Positions 13,016 to 28,107 of a stretch of DNA of 64,000 nt are shown here, piece by piece. The DNA comes from Octopus vulgaris (taxonomy: Eukaryota), in the NCBI GenBank assembly GCA_951406725.2, contig OX597823.1, positions 29,760,001 through 29,824,000 of the forward strand. The letters run 5' to 3'. A program made the translations under genes and the position numbers. How positions within the stretch are numbered: the stretch's first letter is position 1; each line of letters opens with the position of its first letter. Below the pieces are notes generated by a model. The model searched no databases, was not told the origin of the DNA, and saw only the letters and a list, made by a program, of their open reading frames with translations.

Positions 13016-13959
13016 ACATCACCATTCATGAATTTCTCTTCTAAAAACTTTCGCATTATAGTTTTGTTTACTTTTCGAAAAGAGTTATCAGTATGCCATT
13101 CTGATAAACTGTTTTTGCAACGGAGAATAAGGCGTATTTAAAAAAAAAAAAAAAAAAAATGGAGAAGTATATTTCAGCTATAAAGCATTAAAATGTATCA
13201 AGTAAAATGGATACATCAAGTGGAAGGTATGAAAATACATCACGTAAACATCGTCATTTTACTCGAAATGCTGAAACGGCAACGAAGAATTGCTTACAAA
13301 ACAGAAAAAGAAAAGCATGTTGTTTTGAAAAGTACATTATTACGAGGAGAGAAAAAAATGTACAGCAAACATATTTCTATTTAATTGGAAACAACATTTA
13401 AATAAACATTGAATTTTTTGGATTTAATGATGTTTTAAGAGTCAGCTAGGCTTCCATTTTAAAAGTATGCGACTTGTGAAATAAATAAATAAAAAAACAT
13501 TTTGGTAACTTAAAAACGTTTAATTAAAAACATCTCTAAATGTGGTTCAGGATTTGTTTACAATATTCCACCATGGACCTCATTCAGCTTTGTAGATTTT
13601 CAGTTATTATCGGGAGCTGAAATATTTTCTGGTTCTCAAGAGAAATGCCAGTGTTTGGGATTCTGTTTTTGCTATGTTAAGGATTTACTTTCGCCGGAAA
13701 TGTGAAAAAACAAAAACAAAAAAAACAACATTTTTATGAGAATGGTAATTTTAGTGGTTTGGAACATACGAAGATTACACAACAAGACAAATTAAACGAA
13801 AGAAAGAGGGACAGGCTACACCAAAATTCTGCAGTGGAGGACAATAATAGGAAAATAAAGAATAGTCAGAAATAGAAAATATAAAAAAAAAAAAAGCTCG
13901 GATAGTTCGACATCTTCCAATGGAGATGCCTTTTGTTTTTGTTTTGTTTTTTTTGAAAG

Positions 13960-14039
13960 AGCCGAGTACTGAAATGAAGAGCCCGGAAACAGTTGAGTGT
14001 AGACGAGGATTTCGACGTAAAAAGTTTGAGAACAAACAG
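13960..14039 (+). CDS. Candidate 80-bp host exon (unknown gene)
   Basis: T-rich tract plus AG acceptor, CAG|GTAGGA donor, open frame PSTEMKSPETVECRRGFRRKKFENKQ; no recognisable homology. Confidence 0.3.
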
Positions 14040-15030
14040 GTAGGAATGAGAATATGATAAGTAGGATTTTATGGTATAACTCATTATAATGTAATAGTAA
14101 GAGCAAATACATGGGAATTCCTTAATTAAATTGATTAGCATTTCCGGACAGGTCAGAAGCAGAGTTAGATATTAAACAGGTATTATGTTAAAGTCAGTAA
14201 GAATTTCGGTAGTTATATCAAAGGCTGCACTATACTGAAGATTTGAATGAAACGGACAGATTAGCCGCGGGCCCACACAAATTATTAAAGTAATTGAATT
14301 GATATTAGAAGATTGAGTCTATGAGCGCACGCATTTGATAAATAAATGCACTGTGAATTTGTACAGTTCTGACGTTAGGCAAGCCTTCGGGAATTCGAAA
14401 TTACTCGATCAAGTGTAGGCAAGGCGCAACCGTAGAGGAACAGTAACTGTAAATGCGGCGTGACTAACACTGGAGCGAAAAATTAGGAACTTTATTAGAA
14501 GGCAGCGGTGGTGTGAATAAAAGAACAGAACTGATTGCATCTTGTATAAGTATCTGTTGTGTATAAGTATCTGTCTCATTGATTTGCAACTCGGTTCGGC
14601 GAAATAACGTTTGTTTTGAAGTGTATAAAAAAATTAACAAAGTTCCACAAGAGAATATTTCTTGCATGAAGTTTTGCATTCGGAATGCAATAACGAATAT
14701 CATTGATATGCGTTTAACCATTTTGATTATTCCTATGAGAGCCAGGAATGAAACGGAAAATGTGAACTGGAAACAGCCGTTTTTATAAGTATCATTCGCT
14801 CAACATTCTTAAGAAATATAAAGATAAGAATTTTTCGATAGTTTCTACAATACTTCAAGATATATCCAAACAAGAGATAATTTAGAAAGAAACAGGGTCG
14901 GATTGCCAGCTGAAAATGTGGAAACATGTTACTTGGAATAATGGTAATCAAAATGTACTGAGTTAAAGCATAATAAAGAATACTTTTCATTTGCGTATTG
15001 AGTTCTTTAATCAATTGCGTCTTGGGGAAT

Positions 15031-15090
<60 letters not shown>

Positions 15091-15364
15091 CAATCACACG
15101 CGCACACACACAGATATATATATATATATATATACAAAATAAGAAAATGGAGAAATACATCCAAATCAAATATCAATTACCAGATAATACCCAATCACAT
15201 ACTTTATTAAACCACCACATAAGAAACTTTAAGGTCAAACATAATAATGTAGAACAAAACAGTGTACATAAAGGAGTGTGCATAAAGGAGTAATGTTATA
15301 CAATAAGTACAATATGTATAAGAGAATATAAATATAAGTAAATATAAATATAAATATAGACTAC

Positions 15365-15490
15365 ATCTTACAGCTGTTTCGGCCATGCAGATAAGTATGT
15401 CTCATTTTACTTATATTAGCCATTTATGGTAGGTCAATATGTATTATAAATGAGACATTTACAAAAATATCCTAGGGCCTCTTCGGAGAT
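15365..15490 (-). ncRNA. Type-I hammerhead with ~90-nt stem II extension
   Basis: atct-CCGAAGA-ggcc[...atgtctcattt...aaatgagacat...]ggcc-GAAA-cagctg-TA-agat. Confidence 0.75.
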
Positions 15491-16182
15491 TATGTGATAC
15501 AAATCAGATTACATACACACTTATATAGGTGTGGGTACGTACCCATAATAAAACATATACATATATATATGAGTGCATATACTCATACTCCTATACATAT
15601 AAATATACATATACATAATGATATAAATAATATAAATCAATAAACATACATATGTTCCACATTCAATGTTACAGTTTTCCAACTTAATATTGTGATAATT
15701 ACAATGTAGAAAAACATACACATATTAATACCTAAATGCAAATATACAGAGTCAAGAGTACATTATATTAATTCTTATTAATTTCCAAAATGTCATTAAT
15801 GTTAGCATCATTATCATTGTCATTACCACTAATGCTACCAATATCATCATTCATATTATTATTAATAACGCTAATACTAGAAAAACAATATATAGATTCC
15901 ATTATTAGCAATATAGTCACAATAGTACTACAATACCATGCAAAGTGTTAAATATCTGCATATACATACGAAATATGAAATAAAAGCATTCTGTTTACAC
16001 GACATTAAGATCCACAGGTGCAAAGATGTACGTCCGAGTTCAAATTTATAATTTCCATTGTGACACAAATACACTATTACTTTCAGAAATAGTTACGAAT
16101 CTAGCGCTAAAATATGATTGGCTTGTGGATTTGAATTTAAATTACCATTGTCTTCTTTACGGTTACTAAATTACAAAATATA

Positions 16183-16835
16183 TGTCTGTCATCAAATGGC
16201 GTATAAATAAACCATCACAGGCAGGGAAAGCTATAGCAACGTTTATACACTCACACACATACTCACACGCACATCCGCACATATCCATAAGCATTTATAC
16301 ACCCTCATACACTGTGTCTGCAAACATATACATATATATCCATCTATGAATATACATATACATACAAAAACATACATTCACATACATATACATATAAACA
16401 CATTTATCCACCTATATTTACTAAATTACAAAATATGTCTGCCCATCGCAATTCTTAACATTTATGTATTAACTTTGTTGGGTACTTCACTAGCAGTATA
16501 TTATATATATATATATACAAATTGAGATAGGGGTTGTAAATGCAACTCTCCATGGAATAACAAATATCCAATATACTGCTAGTGAAGTACCCAACAAAGT
16601 TAATACATAAATGTTAAGAATTGCGATGGGCAGACATATTTATGTATATGTATGTGAATGTATGTTTTTCTCATACATATGAGTACGCAAGTACGTATCT
16701 AAATATGTATATATGTATATGCGAATGTTTGCAGACACAGTACATGAGAATGTATTAATGTTTATAGGTCGAAATGTGTTCATATGTATATGTATGTGTA
16801 TGTATGTTTTTGTATGTATATGTGTATTAATGGGT

Positions 16836-16890
<55 letters not shown>

Positions 16891-17080
16891 TTCTTATACG
16901 TATGAGTGCGCAGATATATATTTAAATATGTATATATGTATATGCGAATGTTTGCAGACACAGTGTATGAGGGTGTATAAATGCTTATGGATATGTGCGG
17001 ATGTGCGTGTGAGTATGTGTGTGAGTGTATAAACGTTGCTATAGCTTTCCCTGCCTGTGATGGTTTATTTATATGACAGA
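16183..17080. repeat. Nested inverted repeats (~16200-16335 vs ~16935-17072; 16432-16502 vs 16570-16640), PLE pLTR-like
   Basis: e.g. catcacaggcagggaaagctatagcaacgtttatacac vs gtgtataaacgttgctatagctttccctgcctgtgatg. Confidence 0.85.
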
Positions 17081-17082
17081 CA

Positions 17083-17142
<60 letters not shown>

Positions 17143-17169
17143 AATACATATATGTATATATATATGTAT

Positions 17170-17170
<1 letters not shown>

Positions 17171-17205
<35 letters not shown>

Positions 17206-17610
17206 GTTTAGCGTCCGCTTTCCATGCTAGCATGGGTTGGACGGTTCAACTGGGGTCTGGGAAGCCAGAAGGCTGCACCAGGCCCAGTCTGATCTGGCAA
17301 TGTTTCTACGGCTGGATGCCCTTCCTAACGCCAACCACTCCGTGAATGTAGTGGGTGCTTTTTACGTGCCACCGGCACAGGTGCCAGACGAGGCTGGCAA
17401 ACGGCCACGATCGGATGGTGCTTTTTACGTGCCACCGGCACGGGGGCCAGGCGAGGCTGGCAACGGCCACGATCGGATGGTGCTTTTTACGTGCCACCGG
17501 CACGAGGCCAGTCGGGGCGGCGCTGGCAACGGCCACATTCGGATAGTTCTCTTACGTACCACCGGCACTGGTATCACAGCTGCAATTTCCATTGATGTTG
17601 ATCGATTTCG
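17171..17610 (-). mobile_element. SINE family D (V-domain-like core, (GAT)n tail) with internal ~62-bp tandem repeat x3
   Basis: Minus strand tggcgttaggaagggcatccagccgtagaaac...ggacgctaaacgatgatgat; unit ggtgctttttacgtgccaccggcac repeated. Confidence 0.7.
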
Positions 17611-18035
17611 ATACATATATATATATTAAATGTAGTGTTTTTACACTCATTTTATATCGTCAGAGGGATGTTTTTCTCGTAACTGCAGTGAATTTGCCTT
17701 TAGAAGTTGAAAATTGTCACAAACATATTTTAACTAACCTAACGCTCGCTTATGTCTAAACACTGCTTGGCGCAGATACTGATGAAATTTCTTTCGACCT
17801 GGAGATCTAATGTCTCATCTCAGTCAATGTTGTAGAATATGGTTTAGTTAAAGCTGCAGCTGTAATTACGTCTGTCCAGAGTTGTCTCTCTTAGGTATTT
17901 CCCACTGTTAGCGACGAAAGAGCTAGAAACGTGTCTGGGAATTCAAAAGGGAGCAGCAAGGGATATTTATGATGTTTTTACATCTTTTTACCATAAGAGA
18001 GAACGTTTTCTTCACGTAAGTGCAGTGAATTTCAA

Positions 18036-18104
18036 TACCGGATGATTTGACCGACCCAAGTTCGATCTCTCTAACTGAATTTGGATCGGCAGAGTCATCC
18101 GGTA
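18036..18104 (+). ncRNA. 69-nt hairpin, pre-miRNA-like
   Basis: taccggatgatttgaccgacccaagttcg pairs with tgaatttggatcggcagagtcatccggta; several mismatches become G-U pairs on the + strand. Confidence 0.3.
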
Positions 18105-18589
18105 ATATGTTCTTTTTCTTGAGAATTTCTAATTGCTAATTCTTATAAGTATTTACCTGTTGAAAACTGTTTTATTATTATTATTATTATTTTGCATGAT
18201 GTAACACTTATGTACATCAACATGTTTGAAACAGCTGTAGTGAACAACAATCCATCTATAGCTATTATTTATTCTTCACCCAAATCGGAACATTCACCTT
18301 GTTTGGATCTGGAGTCTTGAGACGTCGGTGCAATAGGTGCAGTGAGTTAACCAGTGGCTTTGAAGACTGGTTGTATATTCAGTCAGCCATTTGTGAATAT
18401 ATGCACAACTGGAGGAACAAATCCGTATTTTGCTTTTTGTACGTATTTGCCGTTATACATTGTTTGTACACGATAGCGCTATCACCGACCCGACCTTGGT
18501 GCTTTCACTAAATACCTGGTTCTCTCGAATAATAGAAATTTCACACACACACACACACATATATATGTGTATATGTATATATATATATA

Positions 18590-18799
18590 GTTAATCCAAA
18601 CAAGAAAACACAAAAAAAAAACGAAAAACACAACAACGTGAGGACGTGGAACAAATAAAGTATTATTAGACGGTCAGGAAAGAAGGGAAGAAGGAGGGTT
18701 TAACGTTTCGAGCGGAGCTCTTCGTCGGAAACATAGGATAAGGAAAGATCCCGAGAAGGGAAGACAGAGGAAAAAAATCGCCAACGGTACTCACGAGGT

Positions 18800-18803
<4 letters not shown>
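18590..18803 (-). mobile_element. ~210-bp HHR-bearing repeat, second copy
   Basis: Same family as 11081-11284; HHR gttt-CCGACGA-a-gagc(tcc)gctc-GAAA-cg-TT-aaac at 18698-18732. Confidence 0.78.
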
Positions 18804-18830
<27 letters not shown>

Positions 18831-18836
18831 GTGTGT

Positions 18837-18883
<47 letters not shown>

Positions 18884-19001
18884 CACACAAATATACGTAT
18901 ACATATTATATTCTACACAAGCATTCATACATAAATATATTCGTACGTAAGTTTTTATGTTTTATGAATGTGTGTGTGTAAGTGAGTCAGAACAAACTAT
19001 T

Positions 19002-19073
<72 letters not shown>

Positions 19074-19127
19074 GTTATTGTAGTTGCTGTTGTTGTTGTT
19101 GTTGTTATTATTATTATTATTATTATT

Positions 19128-21037
<1,910 letters not shown>

Positions 21038-21090
21038 CATCATTATTATTATAATAATAATAATAATTATTATTATTATTATCATTATTA

Positions 21091-21137
<47 letters not shown>

Positions 21138-21448
21138 ATTATTATTATTATTATTTTCCACACACAGACACACAGACACACATACACACATGCATATGTG
21201 TGCATATATGAAACGTTTGCCCATTGGCTACCACTCACGACAAAGAGTCATTTTTAATAAAAAATGTCTTTACAAACGAAGCCATCTCTTTCTGCTGGTT
21301 ATCTACTCAGGATGCCGGTTTATATGTCATTTTAAAAGAATTATTTTAATTCCATAATTTGACAGCATAATGAATACATACGCAAATGTATGTATGTGTC
21401 TATGTATGTATATATGTATGTATGCATGCAGGTATGTATGCATGCAGG

Positions 21449-21498
<50 letters not shown>

Positions 21499-21520
21499 TT
21501 TATATATATATGTATATGTC

Positions 21521-21551
<31 letters not shown>

Positions 21552-21715
21552 GGGTGTGTGTGATTGTGTATAGAAGAATATATTAATAAAAAGAATTCCA
21601 ACCTTGTCTGATTTTCACGTTTTATTTACAATCTTATAATGATATATTATAAGATAATATATTATAATTGAATAAAATAAAATGAAATAGTAGAATGTTA
21701 AATATTCATTCTGAT

Positions 21716-21760
21716 TGAACTAGTACTTTCATGCATTGAATTCTGCAATCTTCGGGTTCA
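21716..21760 (-). ncRNA. Hammerhead in left pLTR arm
   Basis: Mirror image of 23686-23730. Confidence 0.75.
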
Positions 21761-22254
21761 TGTAGTAGTGTTGACAGTCATGCTTCACAATTTTTGACTG
21801 TAGCGAGATGAGTGATTCTGTGCTATAAATACAGCTGGGTAGGCTCCAGAGTGCTAGGTTTTGCAAACTGTATTCTGACCAATCAGTGTGTAGTATCACT
21901 CAATTACTTAAGCTGATTGGTTGGTTGAGCTGATTGGTTTAGGCATCACGCTTTGTTGGACAGGTCAAGAGTCCTGTATCTTGACCCTGGCCGAAGCAGC
22001 AATTGTTGGGTTATTTTTAGAAATGTTGTAAATATCCTTTGTCAGAGATTTTTATATTTTTATATTTCAATTGTCATCATCATCATTGTCAGCACCTTAA
22101 TTATTGTTGCTAGTGGTGATGGTGGTGGCAATAGAACTTTTAACCCTAAATAAGATAATTTTCCTGCTATCTTCGTCTTGATCACCTTTAGTATTGTTGT
22201 TGTTGTTAGTGGTCATGGTCGTAGCAGTGGAAGTAATACCTCTAAGTATTATTA

Positions 22255-23014
22255 TTATTGCTTATTTAGCTTGGGTTCGAATTTATCAATAAAATTCTTT
22301 TCTCTGATTTTCCTCTCGATTTCACTTGGGCTGTGTAATTTGTAGAATGGAAATATTATATATATTTTCCGACCACATGTTGCTAGGTGGTTACTCAAAG
22401 GTATCTGACGGACCTCTGGGTCTCTAATCTGTTGCCGGTGTACACGTGAGCGTTCTAATAGTGCGTTTCCCGTCTGACCTACATATATTTCTTCACAATT
22501 TGGGCATTTGATGCAGTAAATTAAATTTCTGCTTTTGCAGTTCATATTCGCGTTTGTGAATATTTTCCCGGTTTTTGTGTTTATATATTGACCGGTATGT
22601 ATGAATTGGCATGTGCCACATCGGCTATCATTGCATTTAGATACCGTGAATGTTTGGTCTTTGTTGCTGAGGTCAAATTTTGCCTTTGTTAGTAATGTTT
22701 TCAAGTTTTTAGGCTGTCTTTTACTAAGCACCATAGCTCGATCCTTGATTATGTCTTTTAATTCATTACTTTGGGCAATGATTGGTAGGTTTGCTTTGGC
22801 AATGTTGAAGATATTCTGGTGACATGGGTTGTGTGTCACTATGAATGGTATGACTTGTTCTTGTTTTCCTCTTCCTTGGGTTGTCCTAAGTTGTTGTATA
22901 GGTATTTTTATAGCCCGCTGTATGCCATTTTCTATAAGTAGAGATGGGTATTTTTGTTTGAGCAAAAATTCTCTTAGTTCTATTAGGCGTTTGTTCCTGA
23001 TATTTGCATCTTCT
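22255..23014 (-). pseudogene. PLE ORF C-terminal part: RT thumb end, Cys-rich linker, GIY-YIG endonuclease
   Basis: Uninterrupted frame EDANIRNKRLIELREFLLKQKYP...CNDSRCGTC...NLIYCIKCPNCEEIYVGQTGN...R...H...RKIREKNFI...PKLN. Confidence 0.92.
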
Positions 23015-23685
23015 ACAGATTAGAGACCCAGAGGTCCGTCAGATACCTTTGAGTAACCACCTAGCAACATGTGGTCGGAAAATATATATAATATTTCCAT
23101 TCTACAAATTACACAGCCCAAGTGAAATCGAGAGGAAAATCAGAGAAAAGAATTTTATTGATAAATTCGAACCCAAGCTAAATAAGCAATAATAATAATA
23201 CTTAGAGGTATTACTTCCACTGCTACGACCATGACCACTAACAACAACAACAATACTAAAGGTGATCAAGACGAAGATAGCAGGAAAATTATCTTATTTA
23301 GGGTTAAAAGTTCTATTGCCACCACCATCACCACTAGCAACAATAATTAAGGTGCTGACAATGATGATGATGACAATTGAAATATAAAAATATAAAAATC
23401 TCTGACAAAGGATATTTACAACATTTCTAAAAATAACCCAACAATTGCTGTTTCGGCCAGGGTCAAGATACAGGACTCTTGACCTGTCCAACAAAGCGTG
23501 ATGCCTAAACCAATCAGCTCAACCAACCAATCAGCTTAAGTAATTGAGTGATACTACACACTGATTGGTCAGAATACAGTTTGCAAAACCTAGCACTCTG
23601 GAGCCTACCCAGCTGTATTTATAGCACAGAATCACTCATCTGCTACAGTCAAAAATTGTGAAGCATGACTGTCAACACTACTACA

Positions 23686-23730
23686 TGAACCCGAAGATTG
23701 CAGAATTCAATGCATGAAAGTACTAGTTCA
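23686..23730 (+). ncRNA. Minimal type-I hammerhead in PLE pLTR, CCGAAGA core
   Basis: tgaac-CCGAAGA-t-tgca(gaattcaa)tgca-t-GAAA-gtac-TA-gttca; perfect 5-bp stem I. Confidence 0.78.
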
Positions 23731-23859
23731 ATCAGAATGAATATTTAACATTCTACTATTTCATTTTATTTTATTCAATTATAATATATTATCTTATAAT
23801 ATATCATTATAAGATTGTAAATAAAACGTGAAAATCAGACAAGGTTGGAATTCTTTTTA

Positions 23860-23895
<36 letters not shown>

Positions 23896-23929
23896 CACGC
23901 ACATACATATACATTAATAGAGAATACCA

Positions 23930-24305
23930 GCCACGTGCTTCCGGGTACAGTCTCACTGCGTGGCACTTTGTGCAAGTCTCTTCTTCTATAGCCTCGGACC
24001 GACCAAACCCTTGTGAGTGGATTCGGCAAACGGAAACTGATAGAAGCCTGTCGTATATATATACATACACACACATATATATATATGTGTGTGTGTGTGT
24101 GTATGTGTGTGTGTGTGTTTATGTATATGTTTGTTTGTGTTTGTCCCCCCCCAACATAGCTTGGCAACCGATGCTGGTGTGTTTACGTCCCCGTATCTTA
24201 GCGGTTCGGCAAAAGACACTGATAGCATAAGCACTAGGCTTGCAAAGAATAAGTCGTGGGATCGATTTGCTCGACTAAAGGCGGTGCCCCAGCATGACTG
24301 CAGTT
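23930..24305 (+). mobile_element. SINE family A, 5'-clipped
   Basis: Similar to 43873-44309, including the internal (TA)/(TG) linker. Confidence 0.85.
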
Positions 24306-24332
24306 AAATTAGTGAAAAAAATAAAAAATATA

Positions 24333-24442
<110 letters not shown>

Positions 24443-25440
24443 TATGCATATATATGTGTGTGATATATATATATATACATATGTGTGTGTGTGTATGTGT
24501 GTGTGCATGATACACACACACACACACACACACACATGAATATTTTCTGTGTCTTTTGAGTGTATGTATTTATGCGCGTACACACGTATAGTTTTACACC
24601 TGAAGTAAAGATGAAAACGTTATATGAATATTTCGCTAAGCAGTTTTTTTTCCTCCGTGCTTTATGGTTATTTATTTATTTGAAATCTTTTTTTTTTCTT
24701 CAGTATTTGTTAAAAATCTACCATATTATATTTCATAATACATACCTATACCAAAGAATGTAATAGGAAAAAAAAAATAGAAATAAAACTAATAAACTAC
24801 TAGAGATATAAATATTGCAAATGTTTTTCTCAGAAATATACTGCAAAATCTGAAGTATAATAAAAGAAAAAGAAATAAATACATAAATATATAAATATAT
24901 ATGCCGCCAATAGAATACGGCAAAAAAATTTTTGCCTGTACAATCCAGTAAGGTTTTCTGTAATAAAACAACAAAAATATCAATGAAAACAGCAAACGAT
25001 AGCAGAAACCAAACCAAATCTGTTTTAGAGTATTTTATATCACTGATGTTAAAAGAGAAATATTTTCGTCTACTATGACAACGAAATAACATCTTAAGAA
25101 CGAAGAGGTTAAAAAAAATATTCAAAAGTCATTTTTTTTTTTTCTACAAATAATTTTTGCTATTCGAAAAGAGAAAGAACTTTCATATGTTAAAATATAA
25201 ACATATAAAAATATAAAATAAAAACAACTATATTTTTGCTTTAGCATCTCAAAATGTCCTTGTTTGAAAGGAATTATTTGTCAATTATCGTTCTTGACAG
25301 ATAAACATGGTTCCATGGTTATCGTACGGTGGAGCGTTGCTATAAAACCGCCATGTTTTTCTCTTTTTATTCGGATGGGAAATGTCTGAACGGCGTTGTT
25401 TTAGTCCCTCTCTCTCTCTCTCCCCCTCTCTCTCTCTCTC

Positions 25441-25478
<38 letters not shown>

Positions 25479-25740
25479 TCTTAGCTTCCTTACATTTTTA
25501 TCTTTCTCTTTGTCTCACTGCTTCGCATTCTCTCTCTGTCTCTCTCTCTCTCTGTGTATTCAGAAACTGAAAGAAGACCGTTGTATATATACACATATGT
25601 ATACATCTGTGTGTGTTTTTGTGTCTCTTTGTGTACGTATTTGTCTCCCTCCATCGCATGACAACCGGTGTTAGTGTATTTACGTCTCCGTAACTTAGCG
25701 GTTTGGAAAAGACACCGATATAATGAGTACCAGGCTTTAC

Positions 25741-25792
<52 letters not shown>

Positions 25793-25832
25793 TAACAACA
25801 ACAACAACAACAACAACAACAGCAACAACAAC

Positions 25833-25884
<52 letters not shown>

Positions 25885-25888
<4 letters not shown>

Positions 25889-26787
25889 ACGCCCTGATGC
25901 AGTACCAGAGAGTGGCTCTCATGGCTTCTGATCTTAACTGACTGGAAGTGTTATCATGTCGTGGCACTCTGTCTGTTACGACGGCTAGGGTTCCAGTTGA
26001 TCCGCTCAATGGAATATCTTACTAGTAAAATTAACGCGCAAGTGGCTGAGCACTCCACAGACACGTGTACTCTTAATGTAGTTCTCGGGGAGATTCAGCG
26101 TGACACAGAATGTGACAAGGCTGGTCCCTTTGAAATACAGGTACAACAGAAACAGGAAGAATGAGTGAGAAAAAGTTGTTGTGAAAGAGTACAGCACGGT
26201 TCACCGCCCCTGCCGGAGCCTCGTGGAGCTTTTAGGTATTTTCGCTCAATAAACACTCACAACGCCCGGTCTGGGAATCGAAACCGCGATCCTAACCACT
26301 GGGCCATTGCGCCTCCACGTTATCAAGTACATTGATTTGTCTTGGTATAAAATATGGGCTACATCAAATATTCTGCTCATTACCACAGATTTGCTTGTCA
26401 CTTGTTTGACCTTAACCAGTTGAGCATGTCCCTTAGTGGCTGACAATATGTGTATTTCTGATCATGAGCAGAAGTAGTAGGAGAGCATCAAAGTCATATG
26501 TTGAAAGGAATTCTTTGGGGTTTGAATAATTCACCTCTGGAAACGTGGGTGTTTCGTTCAACATCCTTAAACAACAGGGGTCTTTTGAGCGGAATAGGCT
26601 ACTCGACCTGAAAAAAATTCTAACTAGGCCCCACCTGCAAGGTCATACGCTGTGTATCTTGATATGAGATTACCATGTCGCGCACATATGGTTCTGATGC
26701 GTGTACCTGACGTACCCGACGGGTATACTGCGCTTCGTGTATTTTACCTCAGTATCATTTTGATGGCATGTGCTGCTTTCTCAGTCA

Positions 26788-26788
<1 letters not shown>
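25885..26788. mobile_element. Unclassified element flanked by (AAT)n on both sides, interrupted by SINE B (-, ~25963-26318)
   Basis: Unique sequence between two (AAT)n arrays; gttatca duplicated around the SINE B insertion. Confidence 0.5.
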
Positions 26789-26862
<74 letters not shown>

Positions 26863-26934
26863 TTTATTAATTGACATGAGTATTCCTTGCGATCACAATA
26901 TAGCGGCGAAAGAATTTGACAAGATTAGTAAATA

Positions 26935-27329
26935 CTAGCAGTATCGCCCGGCGTTGCTCGGGTTGTAAGGGAAATAACTATATAAGCATTTTTAGAGAGT
27001 TATAGCCAAAAAATAGCAAAAAAATGCATTAAAAATTGAAAAAAAATTAAGGTAAATTTTTTTTTTAATCGTTGACACATCGTAGATATTTTTAGAGAGT
27101 TACTTCCCTTATATAAAAGCGAAAAAAATGCATTAAAATGGAAAAATATGATGGTAAATTTTTTTAAAATCGTAGACTCATCGTAGACGCGCGCTAATAC
27201 CCAGAAGGGCTCGATATGAATCACGACTATAAGATACCCGCTTTTGGTTAAACTGCACCGCAAAATGTGGGAGTAGTTACGAATCTAAATCGTAGGAGAC
27301 AGACACACAACTTCACTCTTATATAAAGA
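26935..27329 (-). mobile_element. Non-autonomous Helitron H1
   Basis: Reverse complement of 4623-5021 with TC and CTAG termini. Confidence 0.85.
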
Positions 27330-27756
27330 TGCTTTTTTTTCAGTCATAGAGTTAGATTTATGAAGGTCTTCAGTAGAAAATCCTTCGAATTCTGACTCAC
27401 TGCTTGATATAATGAAATTCGTATCCATTTTTTGTCAGAATTACAAATTTTGAAAACACAATAGGAACAAATTTCGGAAAAAAATCTCCCATAATTCACG
27501 GAATTAAAATTACACTTCGATTTTTGTACAAAACTGTATTTGAAGTGTTTACGAAGTATAATACGTGTTTTCACGAATGTACTAAATAGATTTACTCTGA
27601 TATTCTCATTTAAATATGAATAGGTAAATTCGGGCGGTTTGGTAACGAAAGGGTTTATATAAGTGTCGTCTGTTTATACATAAACACTGTTTCATACTTT
27701 CAGTTTAGTCTTCCTCAAATCAGTCTGTCGCTATTTACTCTCTTCCAAGAACATTT

Positions 27757-28107
27757 TCACTCACTCTTATCTGTTAGCTTGCCATACATTTTACTCATGT
27801 ATCTATCAGCGTGATAGACAGAAACAAATATTACATCTAGTTTCACTTTATTCGTTGCACACTGTGTGTGTGCGTTTGCGTGTGCTGTAAACCAGACTAA
27901 GAAAAGCATTTGACATACACACCAGAATGTGAGTTTTCTGTAAATTTTGCTTAATTGGAGTTTAAATTTTAAAAACTGGACCTGGCAAAACCCGATGCAT
28001 TCTACTCTTAAAAATGCTAGGTAAATTGTAATTGAAGAAATCCTATATTGTAGATTTCTATAACTGACAAAGGGAGGCAGATAAAATCTGCCTTTTATAA
28101 TAAGAGA
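27757..28107 (-). mobile_element. Helitron-like 5' segment, family H2
   Basis: Begins A|TCTCTTATTATAAAAGGCAGATTTTATCTGCC on the minus strand; ~260 bp shared with 50055-50344; left boundary uncertain. Confidence 0.6.

Larger units (their letters stand above)
21579..23867 (-). mobile_element. Penelope-like element (Neptune-type), 5'-truncated, with inverted pLTR arms 21579-22432 and 23015-23867
   Basis: GIY-YIG ORF remnant plus ~850-bp almost identical inverted arms, each carrying an HHR; sits in TA-rich repeats. Confidence 0.92.

Noticed and set aside
18299-18511. Short ORF and a possible minus-strand exon (HKWLTEY...)
   Set aside because: No recognisable domain and no partner exon; could be an old repeat remnant.
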